This document shows positions 16,763 through 26,604 of a stretch of 64,000 nt of DNA, piece by piece. Location: NCBI GenBank assembly GCA_965223155.1, contig CBDCVR010000014.1:352001-416000 (forward strand). Direction: 5' to 3'. The position numbers and the translations under genes were made by a program. The notes under the pieces were generated by a model, which made no database searches, was not told where the DNA came from, and saw nothing but the letters and a program-made list of their open reading frames with translations. The stretch is from Candidatus Multivoradales bacterium. GTDB lineage: Bacteria; Acidobacteriota; Thermoanaerobaculia; Multivoradales; JAHEKO01. Numbering within the stretch: the first letter of the stretch is position 1; each line of letters opens with the position of its first letter.

Positions 16763-17716
16763 CTAGTCGTCCGCCGGCTCCCGCTCGAGCATTGACCTGT
16801 ACTTGGCTCTCACCAGATCAAAGAACCTGCCGTCCTTTTCCCAGCTCTTCACAACCCATTCTACGAACGCGTCGTTGTACTGAGGAGCTGCCGTCGCAAA
16901 CGGTTGGTAGCAGAACTCCGGGTGCTTGCTCCACAGCTGAAAGACGTTCTTCAGACACTTCATATCGTGACTGTTGATCCTGTATCGCTCACCGAGTCGC
17001 TTGTTGACCAACTCAATCACATCCTTAGATCGATGTGGAAATTCCCTATCACCGTCGGTGAGTCTCACGGGTGCCGCCTTGGGGTCGGTTACCAGCCGGA
17101 CACGGGCATCACCAGGACCACCTTCAGTCAGTCCCGGCTTGAAGACCTTCACCACGCTTCCGGCAGGTGCATCCGTAACCTTCTTGATATCCCCGAGCCA
17201 GGCTTGTCTTTGACGGTTTACTTCTCGCTCAACGACTTTTCTGAGATCGCTTTCGTTACCAGGTTGGCTCTTCGCACCATGGCGAAAGTAGACAGTGCCC
17301 TCCTGAAAGGCGACCTTCTCCTTGCCTGCTTCGTTCCGATACGTGCCTGGTTTCTCAAACACCATAGGCATCGAGGCCGCTCCGACAACAAGTGTCGTCT
17401 TCTTGGTCCGTCCCCTGATGACAGACAGGAGCTCGAAGTCCGAGAACTGCCGTCCGGTGTAACGAGCGAGCTTGTCCGTGATCTTCGCTGGGTCGTACTC
17501 ACGAAGAGCCTCATCGTCAAAACGAGTCGCTCGTCCATTGTTCTTGACGCCAAAAACAATAACTCCGCCTCCGGAGTTCGCCATCGCCACGATGTCCTTC
17601 ACGACCTCGCACCACTCTCCCCTGGATTCAACATCGAAAGCCTCCTTGAAGTCCAAGTACTTGGACTCTCGTTTGGCGACCCTCGCACGATGAATCAGCT
17701 TCCCCTTGTCCATCAT
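16763..17716 (-). CDS. AlbA_2 / Schlafen-like domain protein
   Basis: RESKYLDFKE...KDIVAMANSGGGVIVFGV...YFRHGAKS; start at MMDKGK. Confidence 0.85.
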   Translation of the reverse strand: MMDKGKLIHRARVAKRESKYLDFKEAFDVESRGEWCEVVKDIVAMANSGGGVIVFGVKNNGRATRFDDEALREYDPAKITDKLARYTGRQFSDFELLSVIRGRTKKTTLVVGAASMPMVFEKPGTYRNEAGKEKVAFQEGTVYFRHGAKSQPGNESDLRKVVEREVNRQRQAWLGDIKKVTDAPAGSVVKVFKPGLTEGGPGDARVRLVTDPKAAPVRLTDGDREFPHRSKDVIELVNKRLGERYRINSHDMKCLKNVFQLWSKHPEFCYQPFATAAPQYNDAFVEWVVKSWEKDGRFFDLVRAKYRSMLEREPADD

Positions 17717-17808
17717 CTCAATTGTAGACCCGGCACGATGTTGTGCAGCTTGACCGCTATCAACACCCGGGCTCTTGCCAACCTCGCAGCACCGCGTACG
17801 ATGAAGGC

Positions 17809-18477
17809 ATGGATCCCAGCAGATCGACAGAAGAAGAGACCCCGCGGAAGAGAGGCTCCGAAGAGGACGGTCCAAGACCGTCCAAAGCGGAACCAGGCGG
17901 CACAGGACGGACTGGATCCGTATTAGACGGAACAGCTCCGCTTCATGCGGAATCGAACCGCACCGTTCCGCAGGGAACGGAAGCCCAGGCTTCAGAGCTA
18001 CCCTGGGAGCGGGAAGAGCTCTACACTACGACCATCCGCGAGGCAGTCAAGCTCTTTGAGGCTGCAGGCGTGCCCCGAGCTGAACGAACGCTGGTCAAGT
18101 GGTGTTCCCGGGACGCGACAGGAATTGGCCGACTCGACTGCCAGTATGACTCCAACGACCGGAAGTACTACATCACGGAGGAGAGCATCAGCCGCGTCAT
18201 CGCTGAGGAGCAGCAGAAAGCGAACCGCAAACCAGCTGTAGAGCAGACGGTGGACAGCGAGAAAGGGGCCGCGCCAGTCGAACTACCGCACACGAAGGAA
18301 GTGAGGGAATTGGAACTCAAGCTCCGCGACCTAGAGATCTCAAACCGCGCCAAGGACCACGTCATCGACCGGTACGAAAAGGAAAGGGAGGCTATGCTGA
18401 ACCAGTTGACGGCGGCGAGTCAGAAAGTTGGATCTCTAGAGACGGAGTTGAGGAGGTTGGAGGAGCCTACAGAGTAG
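17809..18477 (+). CDS. Hypothetical HTH-like + coiled-coil protein
   Basis: TIREAVKLFEAAGVPRAERTLVKWC...GRLDC...KYYITEESI, then a coiled coil. Confidence 0.65.
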   Translation: MDPSRSTEEETPRKRGSEEDGPRPSKAEPGGTGRTGSVLDGTAPLHAESNRTVPQGTEAQASELPWEREELYTTTIREAVKLFEAAGVPRAERTLVKWCSRDATGIGRLDCQYDSNDRKYYITEESISRVIAEEQQKANRKPAVEQTVDSEKGAAPVELPHTKEVRELELKLRDLEISNRAKDHVIDRYEKEREAMLNQLTAASQKVGSLETELRRLEEPTE

Positions 18478-18548
18478 GCTAGAGGCGACGGTCCCTCGGC
18501 GATCCTCAGCTGAGGATCCCCTCGTAGGGACGAAGAAGGTTCGACGAG

Positions 18549-18785
18549 ATGAAACGGCAGGCGGTCAGCTCTTCCAGCATCGCTTCAGTTGGCTACGACG
18601 AGAGCTCAAACACTCTCGAAATCGGCTTCCAGAATGGCCGAGTCTATCTGTACCTTCAGGTGCCAGGGATTGAGTTTGAAGGCTTGATGGCGGCGCACTC
18701 GAAGGGGCGATACTTCAATTCCAGAATTGCGGGCCGCTTCGACTACCGACAGATTCGAGGACCGCATGAACGAGAGTTCAATTGA
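18549..18785 (+). CDS. KTSC domain protein
   Basis: VSSSSIASVGYD...LEIGF.NG..Y.Y..VP...F..LM.A.SKGRYFN. Confidence 0.92.
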   Translation: MKRQAVSSSSIASVGYDESSNTLEIGFQNGRVYLYLQVPGIEFEGLMAAHSKGRYFNSRIAGRFDYRQIRGPHEREFN

Positions 18786-18809
18786 CAGGCTTCTTCGAGA
18801 GGGTATTCT
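18782..18809 (+). promoter_or_regulatory. Sigma70-like promoter for the R-M operon (probably leaderless)
   Basis: TTGACA-16 bp-TATTCT, with ATG 18817 seven nt after the -10 box and no RBS. Confidence 0.55.
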
Positions 18810-18816
18810 GACTAGC

Positions 18817-19566
18817 ATGATTGCACCTGAGATTTTCCGTCACTGCGTTTCGGCAATTCGCGATGGCGAACTGATTCGACGTGAGAGCCGAAAGGACAAG
18901 GAGTTTCACTTCCAGAACTGGTTCAAGGAGCGCCTTCGACAAACGGAGCACAACTTCGAAGAGGGTGGTAGGAATAGCTACCCCGATTTTCGGCTTGTCC
19001 AGCACACAGAAGGCTACGAACTCAAAGGACTTGCGTATCCCGGACGAGACGCAACCTTCGACAGCAACAGCCAGGTTCCGACAGGCTTTCACAATGGTAG
19101 ATCCATCTACTACGTCTTCGGGCGATACCCGAAGAAGCCTGATGGAAACAGCTATCCCGTTCTGGACCTTGTTCTTTGTCACGGCGACTTCTTGAATGCC
19201 GATCACGAGTACGAGCACAAGAACAAGAGCGTGAAGGGCTTCGGAACGTACGGAGACCTAATGATCCGAGATCGGAAAATGTACGTAGTCCCGACACCGT
19301 TCAGACTAGCTGACGGGCTCGCGCACGAAATGACGATGATCCTTCCCGCCGAAGATGAGCCGGGAGAGCGATTCGCGGAGGTCGGCCAGCTGCTTCGCAA
19401 AGAAGCTGAGGATGTCGTAGTTGGATACTCGTTCGACCTGCGGACCAATGAACTAAAGACGGAGAGAGTCAGCAATCCCCATGCAGGTCAAGAGCACGCG
19501 TTCCGAGCTTGGCGGTTGCAGGGCACCTCAGAAACGGCTGTTGCGATGGCCGCACAGAACACATGA
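18817..19566 (+). CDS. Putative type II restriction endonuclease (PD-(D/E)xK)
   Basis: NSYPDFRL...GYELKGL; translationally coupled (ATGA) to a DNA methyltransferase. Alternative start 18766. Confidence 0.75.
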   Translation: MIAPEIFRHCVSAIRDGELIRRESRKDKEFHFQNWFKERLRQTEHNFEEGGRNSYPDFRLVQHTEGYELKGLAYPGRDATFDSNSQVPTGFHNGRSIYYVFGRYPKKPDGNSYPVLDLVLCHGDFLNADHEYEHKNKSVKGFGTYGDLMIRDRKMYVVPTPFRLADGLAHEMTMILPAEDEPGERFAEVGQLLRKEAEDVVVGYSFDLRTNELKTERVSNPHAGQEHAFRAWRLQGTSETAVAMAAQNT

Positions 19567-21668
19567 GTGGAAGACGGCTAATCGAAACGAACGAGTTTCC
19601 TTTTGAGTTCTTGTCACTGCTCGCCAAGAGGGAGAGCTGGCGCAAGGAGATTCACAGGCCCATCTACCACGTACACAAGTGGTGGGCGAAGCGGCTTGGC
19701 TCGGTCTTCCGAGGCTTGGCTCTTGGCAGCACCTTGGACGCCGATCAGGCACTGGAAGACTCGTTCTATGCTCCGCCCAGCCTACCGAAGACGGTGGTGT
19801 TTGACCCGTTTATGGGATCAGGCACGACCATAGGTGAATCGCACAAGCTCGGTCTTACCGCGCTCGGTCGTGACATTAACCCTGTGGCAGTCGAGGCAGC
19901 CAGGGTCGCCTTTAGCGAGTTAGATGAGGACCTTCTAGAGGAATCCTTCGCCGAGATCGATCGAACAGTCGGGAACAGAATCCAGCGGCTCTACTATTCG
20001 AAGGACTCCCTGGGACGTCTTTGTCAGGTTCTGTACTACTTCTGGGTCATGGAGTTGCAGTGCCCGTTGTGCAGCGACAGCGTGGACCTGTTTCCTTCGT
20101 GGATCAGAGCGCGAAACGCGTATCCAAAGCGTAAGCCAGAGGTGCAGATTCTCTGTCCATCTTGCGGAAGCCTCTTCGAGGGGCACTACAAAGACACTCT
20201 GGTGCAGTGCACGGCCTGTAGTCACGAGTTCGATCCTCGGCAGGGGCCGGCTCGCGGGTCACGCATCACCTGCGGCAGTTGCGCCAAGCAGTTCACAGCC
20301 CTTGATGCTGTTGCTAGGGCTGGTGGCGGCCCCCCCGCGTTCCGGCTCTACGGCAAGCTGGTCTTGACGAAAAAGGGGGACAAGGAGTACCTGCCAGCTA
20401 GCGAAGAAGACATAGCTCAGTACAACGATTGCAAGAAGATTCTCGAGAGTGAGCTGAAGCGAGAAGGTTTCAAGCTGCCTAGCCTGGAGCTCAGCGAGGG
20501 CTATAACACCCGACAGGCGATGGCGTATGGCTTCACGGCTTGGCGGCAGTTCTTCAACGTGCGCCAACTTCTAGCGTTGGGTTGGCTCCACGAGGCGATT
20601 GCAGCGCTCCCCAAAGAAAAAGGAAGAGGGGCCTTTCTGACCCTCTTCTCCGGCGTACTTGAGTTCAACAACATGTTCGCTTCCTACAAAGGAGAGGGAA
20701 CCGGTGCCGTGCGGCACATGTTCTCTCATCACATCTTGAAGCCAGAAAGGACGCCAATAGAGGCTAACCTGTGGGGTACTCCGAAGAGCTCAGGCTCATT
20801 CTCTGGCCTCTTCCGCACACGACTACTTAGAGCGGCTCGCTACCAAAAGGCACCCACCGAGCTCAACGGCGTTACGAACGGAGAGCGAGCGGTGGTCTGC
20901 TCTCCGGCCTTTAGCGGACAGCTAGAGGCAGACTGGCCAACAGGTACGGCACCTCGAGAGCGGAGGATCTACCTGTCATGCGGAGATTCCGCTTCGAGTG
21001 GGCTCGGCTCCAAGACCGTTGACCTGGTACTAACGGATCCGCCCTTCTTCGACAATGTCCACTACTCGGAGCTGGCGGACTTCTTCTACGCATGGCAACA
21101 AGTGAACAGCGAGGGACCGGCTGAGTCGACTCGAGCAGATGAGGAAGTCCAGGATGTTGATGCCGACGGGTTCTCGCAGAAACTTGAGAGTGTCTTTCGA
21201 GAATGCAACCGAGTACTGCGAGACGACGGACTCCTTGTGTTCACCTACCACCACTCACGCGACGAGGGCTGGACAGCTGTAGCAAAGTCGATTCTGGGTG
21301 CAGGTTTTCAGGTGGTGAACGCACACCCGTTGAAGGCAGAGATGTCCGTGGCAACGCCGAAAGCCCAAGCGAAGGAGCCGATCCAACTCGATATTGCGGT
21401 TGTCTGTCGAAAGCACGGGGGTCAGGTAGCCGAGAGACCTACGCAAGAGGAGGCTCTGGCAGCGGCGAGAGCGAAGATCGAACGGCTGCAACAAGCTGGC
21501 TTCTCGCTGTCTCTCAACGACCGTCGAACAGTCTTGTTTGGCCAGCTGTTAACGGCTATGCGTTCTCCTTCCGATCTTCTGAAACTGGCCGATGCTACCG
21601 TTCCGCAGATTTTTCCAACAAGCATCCGTCTCGAGGATGCCTCAAATCAGCTTACCCAGGAGGTCTAG
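19563..21668 (+). CDS. Amino (N6A/N4C) DNA methyltransferase with Zn-ribbon insertion (DUF1156-like)
   Basis: HKWWAKR, FDPFMGSGTT (motif I), four CxxC, LTDPPFFDNVHYSELADFFY (motif IV). Confidence 0.9.
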   Translation: MSGRRLIETNEFPFEFLSLLAKRESWRKEIHRPIYHVHKWWAKRLGSVFRGLALGSTLDADQALEDSFYAPPSLPKTVVFDPFMGSGTTIGESHKLGLTALGRDINPVAVEAARVAFSELDEDLLEESFAEIDRTVGNRIQRLYYSKDSLGRLCQVLYYFWVMELQCPLCSDSVDLFPSWIRARNAYPKRKPEVQILCPSCGSLFEGHYKDTLVQCTACSHEFDPRQGPARGSRITCGSCAKQFTALDAVARAGGGPPAFRLYGKLVLTKKGDKEYLPASEEDIAQYNDCKKILESELKREGFKLPSLELSEGYNTRQAMAYGFTAWRQFFNVRQLLALGWLHEAIAALPKEKGRGAFLTLFSGVLEFNNMFASYKGEGTGAVRHMFSHHILKPERTPIEANLWGTPKSSGSFSGLFRTRLLRAARYQKAPTELNGVTNGERAVVCSPAFSGQLEADWPTGTAPRERRIYLSCGDSASSGLGSKTVDLVLTDPPFFDNVHYSELADFFYAWQQVNSEGPAESTRADEEVQDVDADGFSQKLESVFRECNRVLRDDGLLVFTYHHSRDEGWTAVAKSILGAGFQVVNAHPLKAEMSVATPKAQAKEPIQLDIAVVCRKHGGQVAERPTQEEALAAARAKIERLQQAGFSLSLNDRRTVLFGQLLTAMRSPSDLLKLADATVPQIFPTSIRLEDASNQLTQEV

Positions 21669-21692
21669 AAGTTATCTGGAGGGAAGCCAAGA

Positions 21693-21920
21693 ATGGGAGT
21701 CTATTGGGTCAATGAACACTGCCCAAAGTGTGGTGATTTCAACAAGATGAAGGGGATGGACATCCAAGACCTATGGGATCCCCACCCCGACGCTTACGAC
21801 CTGAAGTACCACGGAAGAACATACCGAGAACTGGGAATCTCCGGTCGGGGCAAGTGGAATACTTACCATTGTGAGAAGTGTGGTCACGTGTGGGCGAAAC
21901 TGAGGAAGCGCTACGAATAG
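21693..21920 (+). CDS. Small Zn-ribbon protein
   Basis: CPKC...CEKCGHVW; plausible RBS (GGAGG). Confidence 0.6.
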   Translation: MGVYWVNEHCPKCGDFNKMKGMDIQDLWDPHPDAYDLKYHGRTYRELGISGRGKWNTYHCEKCGHVWAKLRKRYE

Positions 21921-21970
21921 GAAAAGCGCCCCCAGGAAGCGGGGGCGCGCAAGGATCAAGCAAGAAGCGC

Positions 21971-22930
21971 TTAGAGCTCCGTTACACAGACGTAGACCTG
22001 AGAAGCCAGTCGCACAAGGAGATCATCGCGGCTTCGGCCTGCTGGCAACGCCAGCGTCACCTGTTGCAGCTCGCCAGCGAAAGCGGTGATGAGCGCTTCC
22101 TGGCGATTGCTTGCCGTTTCGCTCATCAGAGCAACAACCCTCTCGGCGCCTGAGAATCGCCAGACGTCAAGAATGTCGGCTACCACAACCAAGTGTTTCT
22201 CGTTCGCGTTAACAGCCCGGTGGAGGTTGTAGAGCTCCAGCTCCGAATCAAACTTCGGCGGGAGCTTCCAGCCTTCACCCTCGAGGCTCCAACCTGCATA
22301 GGCGAGCAACTCGCCGGTTGCGGAATGGATAGGAACAGCGAGTCGCCCTGCCATGATTCCTCGGCTGCAGTAACCAGCCTCGAAGCGTTCGACAGTTGCC
22401 CGATCAAACCCGAGCGGCTCGAGCAGCTCATGGCCGGAGTCGAGCCTGAGGGCAAACCCGAGGGGTCGGTTACGGTCCTCGGACGCTGGAGAAACCCTGT
22501 CAGAGGGGGTACTTGGACTCACGACAGGGTCGTCAGATGTGCTCTCACCGTCACTGGGAGCGTCGTTCTTGGCCGGCTGGTGCTCTGCAGGCCGCTTGCG
22601 TGGCTTCTGAGCACCTGTGAGACCAAACACCTCGGCCAGGGTCGAGGCCACCTTGCGGATTGAAATGTCCTCCATGCGGGCGGCGAAGTCGAGGACATTG
22701 CCGCCCTCCTCGCAGCCGTGGCAGTACCAGGCGTTCTTGGACGTCGAAACGTGGAACGGCCGCGGGCTTTCCCCTTCGTGGAAGGGGCAGGGCCCGCAGT
22801 AGCCGTCGTCCTTCTCCTCGAGCTCGGCCAGGAGACCGTAGTGCTCGAGAACCTGCTTCATGGTGACCTGTCGCTTTACGGCAGCAAAGTCGATCCATCC
22901 GGAGCGTCGCTTGCGACGCGTCTTCGGCAT
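21971..22930 (-). CDS. CHC2 zinc-finger DNA primase-like protein (degenerate TOPRIM)
   Basis: CPFH...FHVS..KNAWYCHGC..GGNVLDF; GRLAVPIH..GELLAYAG; ELYNLHRA; RBS AAGGAGG. Confidence 0.85.
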   Translation of the reverse strand: MPKTRRKRRSGWIDFAAVKRQVTMKQVLEHYGLLAELEEKDDGYCGPCPFHEGESPRPFHVSTSKNAWYCHGCEEGGNVLDFAARMEDISIRKVASTLAEVFGLTGAQKPRKRPAEHQPAKNDAPSDGESTSDDPVVSPSTPSDRVSPASEDRNRPLGFALRLDSGHELLEPLGFDRATVERFEAGYCSRGIMAGRLAVPIHSATGELLAYAGWSLEGEGWKLPPKFDSELELYNLHRAVNANEKHLVVVADILDVWRFSGAERVVALMSETASNRQEALITAFAGELQQVTLALPAGRSRDDLLVRLASQVYVCVTEL

Positions 22931-22980
22931 TGGTACCTCCTTCTTGTTCTGAATTCTGGAAAGTGGTCGGGGTCCGGCTC

Positions 22981-23460
22981 TTACCACCCCCCGCGCTGGC
23001 GGAGGGAGACGTACTTCGGGGACTCCCCGATGATCAGATGGTCGACAAGTCGAACACCGACGACGTCGGCGGCACCCTCGAGGCGACGAGTGAACGCCAG
23101 GTCCTCGGCGCTCGGTGATGGATCACCGCTCGGGTGGCTGTGAAAGAGAATGATGCCGGCAGCATTCGCGAGGAGCGCTGGCACGAGAAGTCCGCGAGGC
23201 TCGACGGCCGCACGGTTCAACGTACCCATGAACACGACGAGGTGCTCTATCGCGCGATTGCGCGAGTCGAGCATCACCTCTCCCATGACCTCGTAGGCGT
23301 AAGGACCAACAACGGTCGAGAGAAACCTCGACACACTCTCTGGTCGATCGCATACACACGGCTCGTCATAGGGAGCTTCGTGCTCCTGTACGAGCTCCAG
23401 GCGATAGCGGGTCGCTATCGACACCTCTTCTGCGGAGACGCACGTCTCCTGTTCGGCCAT
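22981..23460 (-). CDS. radC: RadC-like JAB domain protein
   Basis: GTLNRAAVEPR, HSHPSGDPSPSAED, LVDHLIIG. Confidence 0.92.
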   Translation of the reverse strand: MAEQETCVSAEEVSIATRYRLELVQEHEAPYDEPCVCDRPESVSRFLSTVVGPYAYEVMGEVMLDSRNRAIEHLVVFMGTLNRAAVEPRGLLVPALLANAAGIILFHSHPSGDPSPSAEDLAFTRRLEGAADVVGVRLVDHLIIGESPKYVSLRQRGGW

Positions 23461-23529
23461 ACGTGGCCTCCTTTCTGTGGTTGGTTGTGGTGGGAACTCT
23501 GGCCCTAGCGAAGGCTAGGTCTAGGGCTC

Positions 23530-23557
23530 ACATTACGGATCAACTGCGGGCTGTCAA
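23530..23557 (-). promoter_or_regulatory. Sigma70-like promoter for radC-primase
   Basis: TTGACA-16 bp-TAATGT on the minus strand. Confidence 0.55.
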
Positions 23558-23572
23558 GGCAGCTGCACCCGC

Positions 23573-23812
23573 TTACTTCTGCGGCGCGGTCTTTCGCGAA
23601 TCAATGCCCAAGTGCGTGTCTATAACCCTGAGACGGTCTTCGAGTTGGTCGAACTTCACGAGCTGCTGTAGGAGCTTGGTGTGCTCATCAAGCTCATCCT
23701 GCATTGCGCCGAGAACAGCGCGCATCACCGCTCGATCCTCGGATGCCTCATTGAAGCCCTCCGCGATCATCTGAGCAAGGACATCGAGACTGATTTCATT
23801 TTCATCCGACAT
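23573..23812 (-). CDS. Small coiled-coil hypothetical protein
   Basis: MSDENEISLDVLAQMIAEGF...LEDRLRVIDTHLGI; own promoter TTGACA-16-TACTCT at 23888-23915. Confidence 0.65.
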   Translation of the reverse strand: MSDENEISLDVLAQMIAEGFNEASEDRAVMRAVLGAMQDELDEHTKLLQQLVKFDQLEDRLRVIDTHLGIDSRKTAPQK

Positions 23813-23942
23813 AGCTGAAGTGGTTAGCTGATAAGCAACCTGCAGCGGGGAACCTCACCGGTAGCCGCGGCTGCAGGACTTCACTTCAGAGTACGCGGCC
23901 TCGGCCGCCTGTCAAGCAGAGGCGACAACTGCGGCGAAGGAC

Positions 23943-24890
23943 CTAGCTACCTGCAAGCAGCCTCACCGGCACACCCTTGGCGTTCTGCCATCTATGGGTG
24001 AGAAAGTCACCTGCCATAAGGTCCGTATGCGAAGCGAAGAGGGACATCCCCGGCGTTGTAGGAGCGACCTTGAGTGCGAGGTCCTGGAGGTTCCTGATCC
24101 TCCGGTGAGCCTGCTTCGTGGTGACCACCGTCAAGACTCGTGGATGTCGAAAACCGTAGGGTGGCGTCACCGCCTCATCGCGCCAGCGCATCGAGGACTG
24201 CCAGTACAGAAGGAACTTCTTATACAACGACGAGCGATGCCTGAGGTCCTTTCGCACCAGGGGCTCGGTGCCGCGATCTGCCTCGAGGAATAGGAGAGAG
24301 GGAAGCCTCTTTCCCGGTACGGCGAAAATAGCGTCCGGGTAGATTCTCAGTCGGTAGCGCTTCCGGTCTTCGTGGATGAAGTCCACCTCCCACCCAGATA
24401 CGTTCTCGACTCCCAGAAGATGCTTCTGGCGAGTCGCAGGCGGTGACTGCGCGAGGATGTCGTTGAAGTCGAGGACCTCGATCCCGTGACGACGTCTGGA
24501 CGTCTCGAGAGAGACAAGTAGATCAGAGACCAGAAGGACGTGCTCGAAGTGAGCGTGAGATGTGGTCTGGGTCGGGTGGTCGAGGCCGAATCTTTCGGAA
24601 AGGACCTGGGAGCCTTTCCGACCGAGCCCGTAGACCAAGGGTCTCGAACCCGTTTCCCCGAAGTATTTGAGCTGAGCTTTCGGCCGAGTCAGGTATCCGT
24701 GGTGAAAGAGCTTCGCCAGCCGATCAGTGATGACCTTGCGCCCCGGGGCTTCCAGGAGTGCGACGATGTGATCGGAGTTGAGAAAGCGGTGCTTCGCAAC
24801 CAAGCTGATGATCTCAACATCACGGTCGGTCAGCCGGTGCCCTGCAGTCGGCTTTCTTCTGAATCTTGGTTGGCGCTGCCTCTTTGCCAT
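23943..24890 (-). CDS. Replication-relaxation (Replic_Relax-type) relaxase
   Basis: LTDRDVEII..VAKHRFL (wHTH), RLAKLFHHGYL.RP, HFEHVLLV, YPDAIF...LFLEADRGTE. Confidence 0.85.
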   Translation of the reverse strand: MAKRQRQPRFRRKPTAGHRLTDRDVEIISLVAKHRFLNSDHIVALLEAPGRKVITDRLAKLFHHGYLTRPKAQLKYFGETGSRPLVYGLGRKGSQVLSERFGLDHPTQTTSHAHFEHVLLVSDLLVSLETSRRRHGIEVLDFNDILAQSPPATRQKHLLGVENVSGWEVDFIHEDRKRYRLRIYPDAIFAVPGKRLPSLLFLEADRGTEPLVRKDLRHRSSLYKKFLLYWQSSMRWRDEAVTPPYGFRHPRVLTVVTTKQAHRRIRNLQDLALKVAPTTPGMSLFASHTDLMAGDFLTHRWQNAKGVPVRLLAGS

Positions 24891-24921
24891 TCTTCAGTAT
24901 GCAGAGAATCGAACGGCAGCG

Positions 24922-26604
24922 CTAGCCCTCCCAATCCTCGGGCTCGGGCGGATTGACCAGCTTTTTGGCAGCCGACAGAAGCTTGGCTCGTCGCTCTTCG
25001 AGACGTTCCTCAGCAACCGTCCTCGGAACTGCGAATTCGGTCTGCTCGAAGATCTCGAGTTTCTTCTTAGCCACGTACTCGTCGGTGATCACCGCCTCTT
25101 CTACGTATGGGGCGAGGATCTGCTCTGGCGGTCTTCCCGCGAGCTTGACAACCGCATAGCGGGTGGGCTGCCCCGCGAGCGTGGCCATGGCACGATGGAT
25201 CTGCTCCTCCAGGCTGAAGACCTGCGTTGGCAAAGACTCCAACACCGGCTCAAGGGTCTCGCTAGCGCTGAAGACACTGGATTCCGAGTATGCCTGTCCC
25301 AAGGTGGCAGCGGACCCGAGAGAGCTTCCTATGCTCTCCGTGTGGGGCAAGGCCCCTGGGTCGGCTGCTGTTCCTGCCATTTCCACAGTGCTCTCAGAGA
25401 GGCCCTCGCTGCCGGTCGAACTCGAGCTGTCTGAGTGGCTCTTAAGCCAAGAGCGGATGTAGCGGGTGACGGTCGGCTTGTCGAGCGTGTGCTTAGCCTC
25501 CTCGTAGTCAATGGAGCCGAGAAAGATGTCCTTCGCCATGAGCTCCACGTCGGCGATCGGGAGGCCCCCGAAAACGACCTTGTTGCCGATCTGCATCACA
25601 GAGCTAAACACGGCCTCGCCACCAGCTTGCTTGAGCTGCCCGAGGTTCTGGTGAGCAAGAGTGAGCCGGATACCGAACTTCCTTAGTCCGGTGATCATCT
25701 TCTCGACATCGTCGTTCAGGAACTGATAGCACTCGTCGATATAGACGAAGAACGGCCGGCTTGTGTCCGGCTTCCTCAGAGCTGCCTTGGTCGCGATCTC
25801 GTTCACCATCAGTGACCCCAGGAGCCGCTGATTCTCGCTCGTGAGGCCCTGTAGGTTCACCAGTACCACGGTGCCTTCGTCCATGATGCTGGAGAAGTCG
25901 ATGGTGTCCTGCGTCTGACTGACCATGGTGCGAAGGCTCGGGTTCCGCAGAAACCTGGACAACCTGTTGCGAGCGCTCTCGGTTTGCTCAACGTACTGCG
26001 CTGGGGGCACCGATCGCAGGTACTCCCACTCTTCACGGACAATCGGATTGTCGATGTTCGCCGTGATCAAGCGCTGCATGGGCATGTCCTGCGCTAGCAG
26101 GTCAGTGGCTTCCCGAAGAGTCAGCCCCTGCTCACCCAGAGCAAAGAAGATCGCTGAGAGGATGCGAGCGAGCCTTGGCGTTCTGTCCGTGTCCTCGCCT
26201 CCCCACACCTGGGCGCACGCCTTCACCATATTGTCGACCGCGTCGGAGATGGCGTCAGCACTCCTGTTGCTGAAGTCGAGCGGGTTGAACCCGAACGACC
26301 ACTCTTGCTCAGCCGGGTGAAAGAGCAGGACCTTCCGTCTCCTGAAGACATCGTTTGCCGCACACCACTTGACGATGTCGTCGTACAGGGAGCCGTGCGG
26401 GTCGACGAGGCAAAGTCCTTGCCCGGAGAGAATGTCTTGGCGGATCAGGTGCTCGAGGAACTTGCTTTTTCCCAGACCGAAGCGACCGAGTACATGGAGA
26501 TGGTATTGCCGGTCTTCGGACGGCAAGTAGAGTTTCTTCTTCGCATCCGTCGTACGGCGGCCAAGAAGAACCGAGGAGCCAGCACGGTGAGGACTAGGAA
26601 CCAT
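24922..26604 (-). CDS. VirD4/TrwB-like coupling-protein ATPase (copy 1)
   Basis: HLHVLGRFGLGKS, LVDPHGSL, FNPL, FFVYIDECYQF, LRKFGIRLTLAHQNLGQL. Confidence 0.85.
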   Translation of the reverse strand: MVPSPHRAGSSVLLGRRTTDAKKKLYLPSEDRQYHLHVLGRFGLGKSKFLEHLIRQDILSGQGLCLVDPHGSLYDDIVKWCAANDVFRRRKVLLFHPAEQEWSFGFNPLDFSNRSADAISDAVDNMVKACAQVWGGEDTDRTPRLARILSAIFFALGEQGLTLREATDLLAQDMPMQRLITANIDNPIVREEWEYLRSVPPAQYVEQTESARNRLSRFLRNPSLRTMVSQTQDTIDFSSIMDEGTVVLVNLQGLTSENQRLLGSLMVNEIATKAALRKPDTSRPFFVYIDECYQFLNDDVEKMITGLRKFGIRLTLAHQNLGQLKQAGGEAVFSSVMQIGNKVVFGGLPIADVELMAKDIFLGSIDYEEAKHTLDKPTVTRYIRSWLKSHSDSSSSTGSEGLSESTVEMAGTAADPGALPHTESIGSSLGSAATLGQAYSESSVFSASETLEPVLESLPTQVFSLEEQIHRAMATLAGQPTRYAVVKLAGRPPEQILAPYVEEAVITDEYVAKKKLEIFEQTEFAVPRTVAEERLEERRAKLLSAAKKLVNPPEPEDWEG

